This document shows positions 1 to 9,356 of a DNA stretch of 64,000 nt, piece after piece. Location: NCBI GenBank assembly GCA_964460855.1, contig CAYWQH010000003.1, forward strand, positions 617 to 64,616, in the 5' to 3' direction. The position numbers and the translations under genes are program-made. Every line of letters begins with the position of its first letter. The stretch's first letter is position 1. This DNA is from an uncultured Candidatus Saccharibacteria bacterium. Its GTDB lineage: Bacteria > Patescibacteriota > Saccharimonadia > Saccharimonadales > UBA10212. The notes below the pieces were generated by a model, which was not told the DNA's origin, did no database searches, and saw nothing but the letters and a program-made list of their open reading frames with translations.

Positions 1-808
1 GCGGTTTGAGCTTGGCAAATGTTTCGTAAAAGCGTTTTTCGATTTTATCCGGCTCAGTAATTATGATATCGTCAACTTTTTGGTCACGTATTGCCACTAT
101 CCTATTCATTAGCGCGATGCGGTCGGGAAGCGTTTCAATATCGCTTTCGAATTGCACACCATTTGCGTTGCGCTGAAATTGCAGGTGAACACCTTCTCTC
201 AATTTCGCTTCTGTGGTTTCTGGGCTAAGAAGTATGGCGCGGGTAGCTTCTTGTTCATCCAATTGCAATCCAGCCGAACAGAAAACCGTAGCCGGGAAAC
301 CGCGAATAATGGTTTGCTCGGCACGGTTAGCGCCCTTTTTATCCTTGTTCGTATTACTAAACTTTAGGTCGCGCTGGTCGTGTGATAGCACAGGCCGCAG
401 TCTCTTTTGCAACTCGGGGTTAGGCTGTTCGTAGAAAATCAGAATCTTCCGTTCAAGCGATACTATTTTGGCACCAAGCTTTTTGTCTAACTTGCCTTCA
501 CTATAAAAGAATGATGTCGGACTAGCGCCGCTACGCTCAATCTTATCCTCCTCCGGGAAAAACTTCGCAATCTCAGTAGTCAAATAGGTCTTGCCCGAAG
601 AACTTGGTGCGTTAAAGCTCACGTTGAGTTGGCTATCATCCGTATATGCCGATAGCATGCAGAGGAAGGTTATTAACTTATTGTCGCGGTCGTATTTAAT
701 TGTATGCGTCAAAATGGCTTCTAAGTCGTTTAAGGTCATTTCATCCGGCGGGGTGACTAATTCGTTATTGCTGAGTGATAGCTCTGGTTCGTTCGTCTGG
801 TTGTCCAT
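1..808 (-). CDS. P-loop NTPase of unknown function, mobile-element-like (N-terminal 269 aa; gene runs off the left edge)
   Basis: Absent from the ORF track because it has no in-window stop. My reverse-strand translation from ATG 808 (AGGAGA 6 nt upstream) stays open to base 1: MDNQTNEPELSLSNNELV...FNAPSSSGKTYLTTEIAKFF (Walker A AxxxxGKT). Confidence 0.6.
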   Translation of the reverse strand, partial: MDNQTNEPELSLSNNELVTPPDEMTLNDLEAILTHTIKYDRDNKLITFLCMLSAYTDDSQLNVSFNAPSSSGKTYLTTEIAKFFPEEDKIERSGASPTSFFYSEGKLDKKLGAKIVSLERKILIFYEQPNPELQKRLRPVLSHDQRDLKFSNTNKDKKGANRAEQTIIRGFPATVFCSAGLQLDEQEATRAILLSPETTEAKLREGVHLQFQRNANGVQFESDIETLPDRIALMNRIVAIRDQKVDDIIITEPDKIEKRFYETFAKLKP

Positions 809-977
809 ATTCATTCTCCTCATTTATTGATAGTTCGCGGCGTCGCTGAGCCTTAACAATCACGAAGCGCATTATGGCCATGCCCGCTTCTTGCACCTGT
901 TCGTCCGTGAACTCCTGGCCGCACAAATCGTTTAGCAGCGGGCGCAGGCTTTTAATATGTTTTTCGCTAAGCTTCAT
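765..977 (-). CDS. hypothetical small protein (70 aa)
   Basis: ORF track. Its 3' end overlaps the start of the P-loop gene by 44 nt and it lies 5 nt downstream of the 81-aa gene, giving an operon-like packing. No motif recognised. Confidence 0.4.
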   Translation of the reverse strand: MKLSEKHIKSLRPLLNDLCGQEFTDEQVQEAGMAIMRFVIVKAQRRRELSINEENEYGQPDERTRAITQQ

Positions 978-982
978 AGTTC

Positions 983-1228
983 TTATCTCTCGGAGTAAAT
1001 CCGATTTTTGAGCGTCTTGGTTGCGTCAAAATATTCGCGTGCTTTAACAATCATCCTGTCATTCCAGTAATTCCTAATTTCTTCCTCTGTGTGGATGTTA
1101 TTTAAGAAAATAAAATGAACACGACCGTCGTCATCTTGTCGTGTACCTAAAAGTCTTATGCTTTGACACACTAACGCAGCAGCCAGACCTAAATCACTTA
1201 TTTCGACAGTATCTTTACTCATTTCCAT
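983..1228 (-). CDS. hypothetical small protein (81 aa), possibly DUF5659-like
   Basis: ORF track. The pattern LGLAAALVCQSIRLLG...GRVHFIFLN...EEIRNYWNDRMIVKAREYFDATKTLKNRIY resembles, from memory, small DUF5659 proteins of mobile elements. Not verified. Confidence 0.45.
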   Translation of the reverse strand: MEMSKDTVEISDLGLAAALVCQSIRLLGTRQDDDGRVHFIFLNNIHTEEEIRNYWNDRMIVKAREYFDATKTLKNRIYSER

Positions 1229-1254
1229 ACCCTTCTTTGCTTATGGCTGTAGTT

Positions 1255-1288
1255 TGCCAAACAAAAACGGAGCTGTTATTCAGCTCCG
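1255..1288 (-). terminator. intrinsic terminator after the 280-aa gene
   Basis: On the minus strand, CGGAGCTG-AATAA-CAGCTCCG (8-bp stem, plus coordinates 1268-1288) is followed by TTTTTGTTTGG. Confidence 0.55.
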
Positions 1289-1313
1289 ATGAGTTACGAT
1301 GGTTTGGTTGAAA

Positions 1314-2156
1314 TTACAGGGTGGCTTTTACAGCGTGTTGCGGTTTGGTACGGTTCGCATCCCGACCGGCAAGCAAGGCTATTTGCCTGGATGTTAGTTC
1401 GGCCGATTGCCTAAAACGCACTTTGGTTTTGGTGGTCTCAGGAAAGTATATAGGTTTGAGCGGTAGGAGCTCTTTGGTAAACCCACACTGCCTGACAAGC
1501 TCGGTCATGCCGTACTTGGCGTCTATCTTGATTTCAGTACGAATAATCGTGCCGGTCAGCGAAGTATCGGGGTGCTTTAAAAGGTAGTCTAGGAAGTGGT
1601 AAGGGTCATTGTCTACCCGTAGCGTACTAATCCAATATTTTGTGCCATCAGCTAATCGAGCGTACACATCGCCCTTATCGCCAGTCACAATGCTTACTTT
1701 CTGATTGGTTTCGTCGGCACCGAGGCTCGCAGGCCGCTCTACTTCTTGTTGCAACTGTTCGCCTACAATCTTGAATTCGGCATGCGGGATTTTCCTAGTC
1801 GTGCTTAAACCGGCGGCAATTTGTAATTTATCGAACCCAATATTAGCGATAATCTCTATTTCACGAGTTATAAAGTGCATGGCAAACACTAGCTCCCAGA
1901 AGTTCTGGACATCCACATCCATCTTACTGCCTCGAACAATCTGCCTTAAGCCGTACTCTGGGTGCTTTTTGCGCATCGCGGCCACCAATCTCTCGCGTTG
2001 CACCACAAATCTGGCTGGTCGGTCAACGGTGCCGGTGGTTAATTCGTCCTTCTGAAACTTCTCAAGGTAAGCCAATAGCTTTTTTGAAGGCACTTTCCGC
2101 CCAAGCGAGCGCCGCCCGGCTAAAAACACTTCTTCTTCCGACCAATACTTATCCAT
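1314..2156 (-). CDS. hypothetical protein (280 aa)
   Basis: Long ORF with its own terminator, divergent from hsdM. No motif recognised. Confidence 0.55.
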   Translation of the reverse strand: MDKYWSEEEVFLAGRRSLGRKVPSKKLLAYLEKFQKDELTTGTVDRPARFVVQRERLVAAMRKKHPEYGLRQIVRGSKMDVDVQNFWELVFAMHFITREIEIIANIGFDKLQIAAGLSTTRKIPHAEFKIVGEQLQQEVERPASLGADETNQKVSIVTGDKGDVYARLADGTKYWISTLRVDNDPYHFLDYLLKHPDTSLTGTIIRTEIKIDAKYGMTELVRQCGFTKELLPLKPIYFPETTKTKVRFRQSAELTSRQIALLAGRDANRTKPQHAVKATL

Positions 2157-2260
2157 CTACATTTCCATCTTCATAACACCATACATTTTCCGCTATAACA
2201 GATGTAACAGCAAGCACAAGCATTAAAACCGTTTCTAAAGGTGTTATCACGGTACTTTAC

Positions 2261-2269
2261 TGGTACAAT
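2261..2269 (+). promoter_or_regulatory. extended -10 promoter element (TGgTACAAT) upstream of hsdM
   Basis: A TGnTAnnAT element lies 52 nt upstream of ATG 2321 in the divergent intergenic region. Confidence 0.4.
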
Positions 2270-2320
2270 ATTTGTATACGCAAAGGGGTGGGAGCTAACT
2301 AGGTTTGCTTAATTATTACT

Positions 2321-4492
2321 ATGGATATGAAAAAAGAACAAGAACGAGCAAAGCTACACAGTACAATCTGGAAAATTGCTAATGACCTTCGCGGGTCGGT
2401 TGATGGCTGGGATTTTAAGCAGTATGTTCTCGGAATGTTACTCTACCGATTTATTTCGGAAAATCTAACTAACTACATTAATACGGAAGAATTACGCGAT
2501 GCAAAAACACCGCGTGATTTTAATTTTGCTAAGTTGAAAGATGATGAAGCGGAGTTTGGTCGCAGCGAAACTGTTAAAGACAAAGGGTTCTATATACTGC
2601 CAAGCGAGCTATTCGAGAATGTACGTAAGAATGCTAAGAATGATGAAAATCTAAACGAAACGCTGTCAGGAGTTTTCCGAAATATCGAGAACTCTGCTAA
2701 AGGTGCTGAAAGCGAAGATGACATAAAGGGTCTTTTTGATGACATTGACGTGAACAGTAACAAGCTAGGCTCAACCGTCGATAAGCGTAATAAGCAGCTA
2801 GTAAAACTACTAGATGCCGTAGGTGAACTACAGCTAGGTAGCTATAAGGATAATACTATCGATGCATTTGGTGATGCCTACGAGTTCCTTATGGGTATGT
2901 ATGCAAGCAATGCAGGAAAGTCGGGCGGTGAATACTATACGCCTCAAGAAGTGAGCGAACTACTTGCTCGGATTGCTGTTGTTGGCAAGACTGAGGTTAA
3001 TAAAGTTTACGACCCTGCCGCTGGCTCCGGTTCGTTGCTTTTGCAATTTGCCAAGATATTAGGCAAAGAAAATGTACGAAAAGGGTTCTATGGACAAGAA
3101 ATCAACATCAACACTTATAACCTTTGTCGTATCAACATGATTTTGCACGATATTAATTATGAGAAATTTAGTATTGCTCATGGTGACACACTTGTTGACC
3201 CAAGCCCAGAGCATTGGGATGAGGAACCATTCGAAGCAATAGTATCTAATCCGCCATATTCTATTAATTGGGCGGGAGATAGTGACCCAATACTGATAAA
3301 CGACCCTCGTTTCTCGCCAGCTGGCGTCCTAGCCCCAAAGAGTAAAGCTGACCTCGCGTTCACTATGCACATGCTTTCGTGGCTATCTACAACCGGAACC
3401 GCCGCAATCGTTGAGTTTCCGGCAGTACTAACTCGTGGCGGTGCCGAACAGAAAATTCGTAAATACTTGATAGATAACAACTTTATCGATGCTGTAATCC
3501 AATTACCGCTAGATTTATTCTTCGGTACAACTATTGGAACTTGTATCCTCGTGCTAAAGAAGAGCAAGAAAGACAACGCGGTACTCTTTATTGATGCAGC
3601 TGCTGAGTTTGTGCGTGGCGGAAATAAAAACAAACTGAGTACTGCGAATCGTGCCAAAATTCTAGAAACATACACAGACCGTAAGGATATTGAGCATTTC
3701 GCTAAGTTAATTCCAAGTAGTGAAATTCAGGAGAATAACTACAATATTGCGGTCAGCAGTTATGTCAAACAGGAAGATACACGCGAAGTGGTGGACATAG
3801 CTAAGTTGAATGCCGAAATCAACGAGATTGTTACCAAGCAGCAGGTGCTACGCAAAGCGATTGATGAAATCTCTGGTGATATAGAAGGCGAAAAATGGAG
3901 CGATATAAATAAGCTTATTAAAGAACATTGCCCTAATGGAGTGGAATACAAAGAACTAGGCGAAGTTTTAAATTATGAACAACCGGGTAAATATATAGTA
4001 AGTTCAACCATTTACCATAAAAGCTATACTACACCTGTGCTTACGGCAGGAAAGAACTTCATTCTGGGTTTTACAAACGAGACAAATGGCATATATAAAG
4101 CCAGCAAGGAATCACCAGTAATAATTTTCGATGATTTCACGACATCATTTCATTGGGTAGATTTTGACTTTAAAGTTAAGTCGTCGGCAATAAAAATTCT
4201 TCAACCGCAAGAGAATGAGGCGGTGGATTTTCGATATTTGTACTATGCAATGAAGTGTATTGAATATAAACCTACAGACCATTCACGTCACTGGATTTCA
4301 CAGTATTCGAAATTTAAAATCCCTGTACCACCAAAACCTATACGCAAAGCTATTGTTAATACATTAGATTCGCTAACGGAGATGAAAGAGGAAATAGAAG
4401 TATCCCTAGCAGCCGAGTTAAATGCAAGAAGAAAGCAGTACGAATCCTATCGAAAGGAACTGCTCACTTTCGAGGGGCTTGATAGTGAATAA
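2321..4492 (+). CDS. hsdM: Type I restriction-modification methyltransferase fused to a single-TRD (half) specificity subunit (HsdM-HsdS fusion)
   Basis: HsdM-like N terminus (LHSTIWKIANDLRG), motif I DPAAGSGSLL and motif IV NPPY (VSNPPYSINW). The C-terminal ~200 aa read as an HsdS TRD plus conserved helix (KELGEVLNYEQPGKYIV...IPVPPKPIRKAIVNTLDSL...RRKQYESYRKELLTF). Confidence 0.9.
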   Translation: MDMKKEQERAKLHSTIWKIANDLRGSVDGWDFKQYVLGMLLYRFISENLTNYINTEELRDAKTPRDFNFAKLKDDEAEFGRSETVKDKGFYILPSELFENVRKNAKNDENLNETLSGVFRNIENSAKGAESEDDIKGLFDDIDVNSNKLGSTVDKRNKQLVKLLDAVGELQLGSYKDNTIDAFGDAYEFLMGMYASNAGKSGGEYYTPQEVSELLARIAVVGKTEVNKVYDPAAGSGSLLLQFAKILGKENVRKGFYGQEININTYNLCRINMILHDINYEKFSIAHGDTLVDPSPEHWDEEPFEAIVSNPPYSINWAGDSDPILINDPRFSPAGVLAPKSKADLAFTMHMLSWLSTTGTAAIVEFPAVLTRGGAEQKIRKYLIDNNFIDAVIQLPLDLFFGTTIGTCILVLKKSKKDNAVLFIDAAAEFVRGGNKNKLSTANRAKILETYTDRKDIEHFAKLIPSSEIQENNYNIAVSSYVKQEDTREVVDIAKLNAEINEIVTKQQVLRKAIDEISGDIEGEKWSDINKLIKEHCPNGVEYKELGEVLNYEQPGKYIVSSTIYHKSYTTPVLTAGKNFILGFTNETNGIYKASKESPVIIFDDFTTSFHWVDFDFKVKSSAIKILQPQENEAVDFRYLYYAMKCIEYKPTDHSRHWISQYSKFKIPVPPKPIRKAIVNTLDSLTEMKEEIEVSLAAELNARRKQYESYRKELLTFEGLDSE

Positions 4493-7400
4493 ATACAGCA
4501 CGGTAGCCGAGAATCCACATAGTACGGTTGTAGCAGAATACACGCCCGCCGCTCGCCGCGCTAGCGACTATCAAAGTGAAGCTGAGCTTGAGCAAGCCCT
4601 AATTGACCAGCTTCAAAAACAAGCTTATGAATACCTTCGTATTGGCAGTGAAGCTGACCTTATTACTAATCTTCGTAAGCAGCTAGAGCAGTTGAACGAC
4701 TACAAGTTTACCGATACCGAATGGGAGAAGTTCTTCAATCAATATCTTGCCAACCCTAACGAGAGTATTCAAGAAAAAACCACCACCATCCAGGAAGATA
4801 GCGTTAAGAACCTGACACGTGATGATGGCACGGTAAAGAACATTAAGCTGATAGATAAAGCCAACATCCATAACAATAGTGTGCAAGTTATAAACCAATA
4901 TGAGATAGAAGGTGCACGCTCCAACCGCTACGACGTGACAGTACTGGTGAACGGCTTACCGCTGGTACATATTGAGCTTAAACGGCGCGGCGTATATATC
5001 AAAGAAGCTTTTAACCAAATAAACCGCTATCAGCGTGATAGCTTTTGGGCGGGTAGCGGTTTATTTGAGTTTGTTCAGCTGTTTGTTATTAGTAATGGCA
5101 CTTATACTAAGTATTACAGCAACACCACCCGCAACCAACACATCAAAGACGGCAGCAACATCAGTAAAAAAGGCAAAAAGACTAGTAATAGTTTCGAGTT
5201 TACAAGCTGGTGGGCAGATGCTCAAAACAGACCTATCACCGACTTAACCGACTTTGTTCAGACGTTCTTTGCCAAGCACTCCTTACTCAACATCATCACA
5301 AAGTATTGCGTGTTTACCAGCGACCGCCTGCTACTGGTTATGCGTCCATACCAGATTGTTGCCACAGAGCGTATCCTCAGTCGAATAGAAGTCAGCACAA
5401 ACTACAAAAAACTAGGCACAGTTGAAGCCGGAGGTTATGTTTGGCACACCACTGGGTCGGGCAAAACACTCACCAGCTTCAAGACCGCCCAACTAGCCAG
5501 CAAGCTAGATAGCGTTGATAAAGTGCTGTTCGTGGTAGACCGCAAAGACTTGGACTACCAGACCATGAAGGAATATGACAAGTTTGAGAAGGGTGCAGCC
5601 AACAGTAATACCTCAACAGCTAAGCTTAAGAAGCAGCTTGAAAACCCGAACGCACGGATTATTATCACTACAATCCAAAAGCTAGACAAGTTCATTAAAA
5701 AAAACGACGGGCACAGGATTTTTGATGGACACATCGTTTTGATTTTTGACGAGTGCCACCGCTCACAGTTCGGCGACATGCATCACTCCATTACTAAGAG
5801 CTTCAAGAACTATCATATTTTTGGTTTTACCGGCACGCCAATTTTTTCGGCTAATATATCCAGTAGCGGACGCGCTGACCTCAAAACAACAGAGCAAGCT
5901 TTCGGCGAAAAACTGCACACCTACACAATAGTTGACGCTATTACCGATAAAAACGTCCTGCCGTTCCGCATAGATTACATCAGCACCGTGCGCGAGGCCG
6001 AAGAAATAGATGACACGCAAGTGCGCAGCATAGACACCGAAGCAATACTGGGTGCGCCTGAGCGAATTAGCAAAGTAGTGCAGTACATTCGTGAACACTT
6101 TGACCAAAAAACCAAGCGCAATAGTAGCTATATGTTTACCGGTGCTTTACAGAACATTCACGAAGTTGCTACTGCCCGCGACCGGCATGCCATAGAGGAA
6201 ATCAAAAAACGCATTCGGCTCAGCGGCTTCAATTCCATATTTGCTGTCAGCTCCATTGAGGCAGCAAAAAAGTATTACGCCGAATTCAAACGCCAACAAG
6301 CCGAAGCCCCAGAAGCAACGCGGTTAAAGGTAGCGATTATTTACAGCTACGGGGTCAACGAAGATGAAGACCTGCTAGACGGGTTGGAGGACGAAAACTC
6401 AGAGGGCACCGAAGGGTTGGATACCGGCTCACGCGACTTCCTGGACAGCGCTATTAAAGACTACAATCAGATGTTCACTACAAACTACGATACTTCGTCT
6501 GATAACTTCCAAAATTACTATAAGGATGTGTCGCTGCGAATGAAAAATCGTGAGATTGACCTGCTTATAGTGGTTAACATGTTCCTGACCGGCTTCGACG
6601 CCACCACCCTCAACACGCTCTGGGTAGATAAGCGTCTACGCTCACACGGCTTACTGCAAGCCTTCTCACGCACAAACCGCATCCTTAACTCTGTCAAAAC
6701 ATTTGGCAATATCGTCAGTTTTCGCAATCTGGAAGACGCAACAAATGACGCACTTGCTTTGTTTGGCGACAAAGAAGCCGGTGGCATCGTGCTTCTTAAA
6801 TCATACGACGAGTACTACAAAGGCTACGACGATAACGGTAAGCACAACCGCGGCTATATGGAACTAGTAGCCGAACTAACTGAGCGGTTCCCGGTAGGGC
6901 AACAGATTATTGGCGAGCAGGAACAAAAGGATTTCATAAAGCTGTACGGCGGAATCCTGCGTGTTCGCAATATTCTGACCACGTTCGATGATTTTGAAGG
7001 AAATGAAATACTGTCTGCTCGTGACATCCAGGACTACCACAGCATGTATATAAATCTGTACAACGACTTCCGTAAAGGTACCGATGGCGACAAAGAAAAC
7101 GTCAACGATGATGTTGTATTTGAGATGGAGCTGATTAAGCAGGTAGAGATTAACATCGATTATATACTTGAACTTATACGCAAATACCATGCTGGTAATC
7201 AGGAAGACAAAGAGCTTCTGGTCGATATTAATAAAGCCATCGATTCTAGTGTCGAGCTACGTAATAAAAAAGAACTAATCGAACAGTTTATCGGCACGCT
7301 CAACGCTAACACATCAGTAGACACCGACTGGCGTAAATTCGTAGACACTAAAAAGGTCGAAGAACTTAATCGAATTATCGCCGATGAGGGTCTCGACCAC

Positions 7401-7604
7401 GATGAAACTTATAAATTCATAGACAATGCCTTCCGCGATGGCACGCTCCAATCTACCGGCACCGGCATTTCAAAAATCCTGCCGCCTGTTTCAAGGTTCT
7501 CAGTCGACAATTCAAGAGGCAAAAAGCGTGAAACTGTCCTAGATAAGCTGACAAACTTCTTTAATAAGTTTTTCGATATTTCTAGTAATCGGCTCGGTGA
7601 ATGA
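4485..7604 (+). CDS. hsdR: Type I restriction enzyme R subunit (HsdR)
   Basis: PD-(D/E)xK-like YDVTVLVNGLPLVHIELKR, helicase motif I TGSGKT and motif II DECHRS. Start chosen at GTG 4485 (GAGGGG 7 nt upstream; GTGAATAA overlaps the hsdM stop). The ORF track's ATG 4422 is an in-frame alternative. Confidence 0.9.
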   Translation: MNKYSTVAENPHSTVVAEYTPAARRASDYQSEAELEQALIDQLQKQAYEYLRIGSEADLITNLRKQLEQLNDYKFTDTEWEKFFNQYLANPNESIQEKTTTIQEDSVKNLTRDDGTVKNIKLIDKANIHNNSVQVINQYEIEGARSNRYDVTVLVNGLPLVHIELKRRGVYIKEAFNQINRYQRDSFWAGSGLFEFVQLFVISNGTYTKYYSNTTRNQHIKDGSNISKKGKKTSNSFEFTSWWADAQNRPITDLTDFVQTFFAKHSLLNIITKYCVFTSDRLLLVMRPYQIVATERILSRIEVSTNYKKLGTVEAGGYVWHTTGSGKTLTSFKTAQLASKLDSVDKVLFVVDRKDLDYQTMKEYDKFEKGAANSNTSTAKLKKQLENPNARIIITTIQKLDKFIKKNDGHRIFDGHIVLIFDECHRSQFGDMHHSITKSFKNYHIFGFTGTPIFSANISSSGRADLKTTEQAFGEKLHTYTIVDAITDKNVLPFRIDYISTVREAEEIDDTQVRSIDTEAILGAPERISKVVQYIREHFDQKTKRNSSYMFTGALQNIHEVATARDRHAIEEIKKRIRLSGFNSIFAVSSIEAAKKYYAEFKRQQAEAPEATRLKVAIIYSYGVNEDEDLLDGLEDENSEGTEGLDTGSRDFLDSAIKDYNQMFTTNYDTSSDNFQNYYKDVSLRMKNREIDLLIVVNMFLTGFDATTLNTLWVDKRLRSHGLLQAFSRTNRILNSVKTFGNIVSFRNLEDATNDALALFGDKEAGGIVLLKSYDEYYKGYDDNGKHNRGYMELVAELTERFPVGQQIIGEQEQKDFIKLYGGILRVRNILTTFDDFEGNEILSARDIQDYHSMYINLYNDFRKGTDGDKENVNDDVVFEMELIKQVEINIDYILELIRKYHAGNQEDKELLVDINKAIDSSVELRNKKELIEQFIGTLNANTSVDTDWRKFVDTKKVEELNRIIADEGLDHDETYKFIDNAFRDGTLQSTGTGISKILPPVSRFSVDNSRGKKRETVLDKLTNFFNKFFDISSNRLGE

Positions 7605-8356
7605 TTAAAGACGAATTGATATCAACGCTGACTCAAAGATTTACATTTGTATTTGAAGATGCCAAAACCTACATATATGTTCGTAAGGAAGGAATACAAG
7701 ATAGAGAGGGCTTGGGTGGCGGGAATTTTACCGTAGCCTACTCGTTATTCGCCCTGCTTAACCTGGCATCTAAAGTACATTATTACTTGCACAAGCCTCA
7801 AAAATTTTCGAACCTTGAATACCGAAGCAAAGTTAAAGATTTAAAAGATAAGGTACTAAGTGGGGATTTATCGTCTGATGAGAAGAAGATTTTAAAAAAT
7901 CAGCTGATGCTACCTAGAGACATGGAAACTAATGAAGTAAATGCTTTTATAGAATTTACACGCGAGCTTGAAGCTGAGGGTCTAACTATTCGCAAAGAAC
8001 ATGAATCGAGCCAAAGTGACTATGCAACTATTTGGTCAGGTTTTCGAAACATGCTTGCACACCTAGCTACAGTACAAAGCGGGAAAGGCGTGATGGCCTA
8101 TACTCTTGAAAAGCATTGGCCAGCAGCTGCGAGGAAATCAGTCCCAATTGATACGGTTTTAGAAATGATAAAAATAGAAAGTTCTAGTTTTCCACCATTT
8201 TTCTATGTCGATTCTAGACAAGGCTGGATAATGAACGTTGACGCTATGGTGGCACTGATTCCTGACATCCAAAATAAAACTATAGATTGCGTAAGTAATA
8301 GTGAACTGCCATATAGTGAACTAGAAAGACTCCTAAACTTTATACAGCCTTCCTAA
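7601..8356 (+). CDS. hypothetical protein with an HEPN-like Rx4H motif, translationally coupled to hsdR
   Basis: An ATGA start/stop overlap with hsdR. Motif WSGFRNMLAHLATV (R-N-x3-H) matches the HEPN RNase signature Rx4-6H with a polar residue after R. Motif-level evidence only. Confidence 0.6.
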   Translation: MIKDELISTLTQRFTFVFEDAKTYIYVRKEGIQDREGLGGGNFTVAYSLFALLNLASKVHYYLHKPQKFSNLEYRSKVKDLKDKVLSGDLSSDEKKILKNQLMLPRDMETNEVNAFIEFTRELEAEGLTIRKEHESSQSDYATIWSGFRNMLAHLATVQSGKGVMAYTLEKHWPAAARKSVPIDTVLEMIKIESSSFPPFFYVDSRQGWIMNVDAMVALIPDIQNKTIDCVSNSELPYSELERLLNFIQPS

Positions 8357-9257
8357 TTTCACTCCATTTGACCGCCCAGTTAAGTTTAGGGTTCGCGTCC
8401 ATTGCTTTAATTAATTCAAAAATATTTTCAAGGTCTACGGCCGTTTTTCGCCAATTTTCATTAGCATTGTGTGTCCTTAGCGCTTCGTGATTTATTTGAG
8501 CGTACGAATGAAGCTTGTCGATGTGTTGCTGTATTTGTTGTCTTTGTTTGTGTTTAGAGATATCTACGGTAAACAACTGTTCATGCGCATCTAAAAATGC
8601 TGTTGCAAGGAACATCATGAAATTAGTAACCATGCTTATTAGGTCGTCATCCTTTTCATAGGTTAGGGCTATAGCCTTTGGTTTCTCTTTATTGCCGAGC
8701 TCAATCATATCTCCCATAACATTAAACATATTCGAATGAGCAAATGCGGAAGTAATGTGATATGTTGTCCAATCAAGCTTTAATTCATCTCTCACTAGGC
8801 CGGTTGCATTAAATTTAGCACCTGTCTGCTCCTTAGCGGAGTATGCGTTGTATGGGCATTCTGGATGAATGGAAACGAAAATTATTCGTAAGAATGACTC
8901 GTAGACACTTCTCAGAATAGTGATTGAATCTTCATATGCACCATCAATTAGTAAGGTGTAGGCCGAATAAAATTGCTTCAGTGCTCGTGTGGATATAACA
9001 AATTGAAAGCCACGATTAATCGGCCATCCCTTTTTGTCGAGGTAGTTTATATTATGCGAGTACTCGACCATTGAGCAGAAAAACATCTCAAACTGGTTCA
9101 TAAATCTGCGGTACTCTTTTCCCATATATAACCTATGCTTCGTCTGATAGTTTTGAATATCTGTAAAAGCAGATACGTCGCTTCTACTTACCATTTCATC
9201 CAGCCTACGAATTAAGTCCTGGGACTCTTGTTTGGTTCTAGCTCTTGGGGCTTCCAT
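8340..9257 (-). CDS. hypothetical protein (305 aa from the first ATG; the ORF is open to a TTG at 9296)
   Basis: Long ORF convergent with the HEPN-like gene, with a 17-nt 3' overlap. First ATG at 9257 (MEAPRARTKQ...). TATACT lies exactly 7 nt upstream of that ATG. Confidence 0.6.
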   Translation of the reverse strand: MEAPRARTKQESQDLIRRLDEMVSRSDVSAFTDIQNYQTKHRLYMGKEYRRFMNQFEMFFCSMVEYSHNINYLDKKGWPINRGFQFVISTRALKQFYSAYTLLIDGAYEDSITILRSVYESFLRIIFVSIHPECPYNAYSAKEQTGAKFNATGLVRDELKLDWTTYHITSAFAHSNMFNVMGDMIELGNKEKPKAIALTYEKDDDLISMVTNFMMFLATAFLDAHEQLFTVDISKHKQRQQIQQHIDKLHSYAQINHEALRTHNANENWRKTAVDLENIFELIKAMDANPKLNWAVKWSEIRKAV

Positions 9258-9356
9258 AAGGCTAAGTATACCTACCGCTGGACAATAAATTAGCAAAAAT
9301 CAGAAAAAAATTTGGGCGGGACGTATAACAGGACGAGTGAGTGGCCGGTAGGGGTA

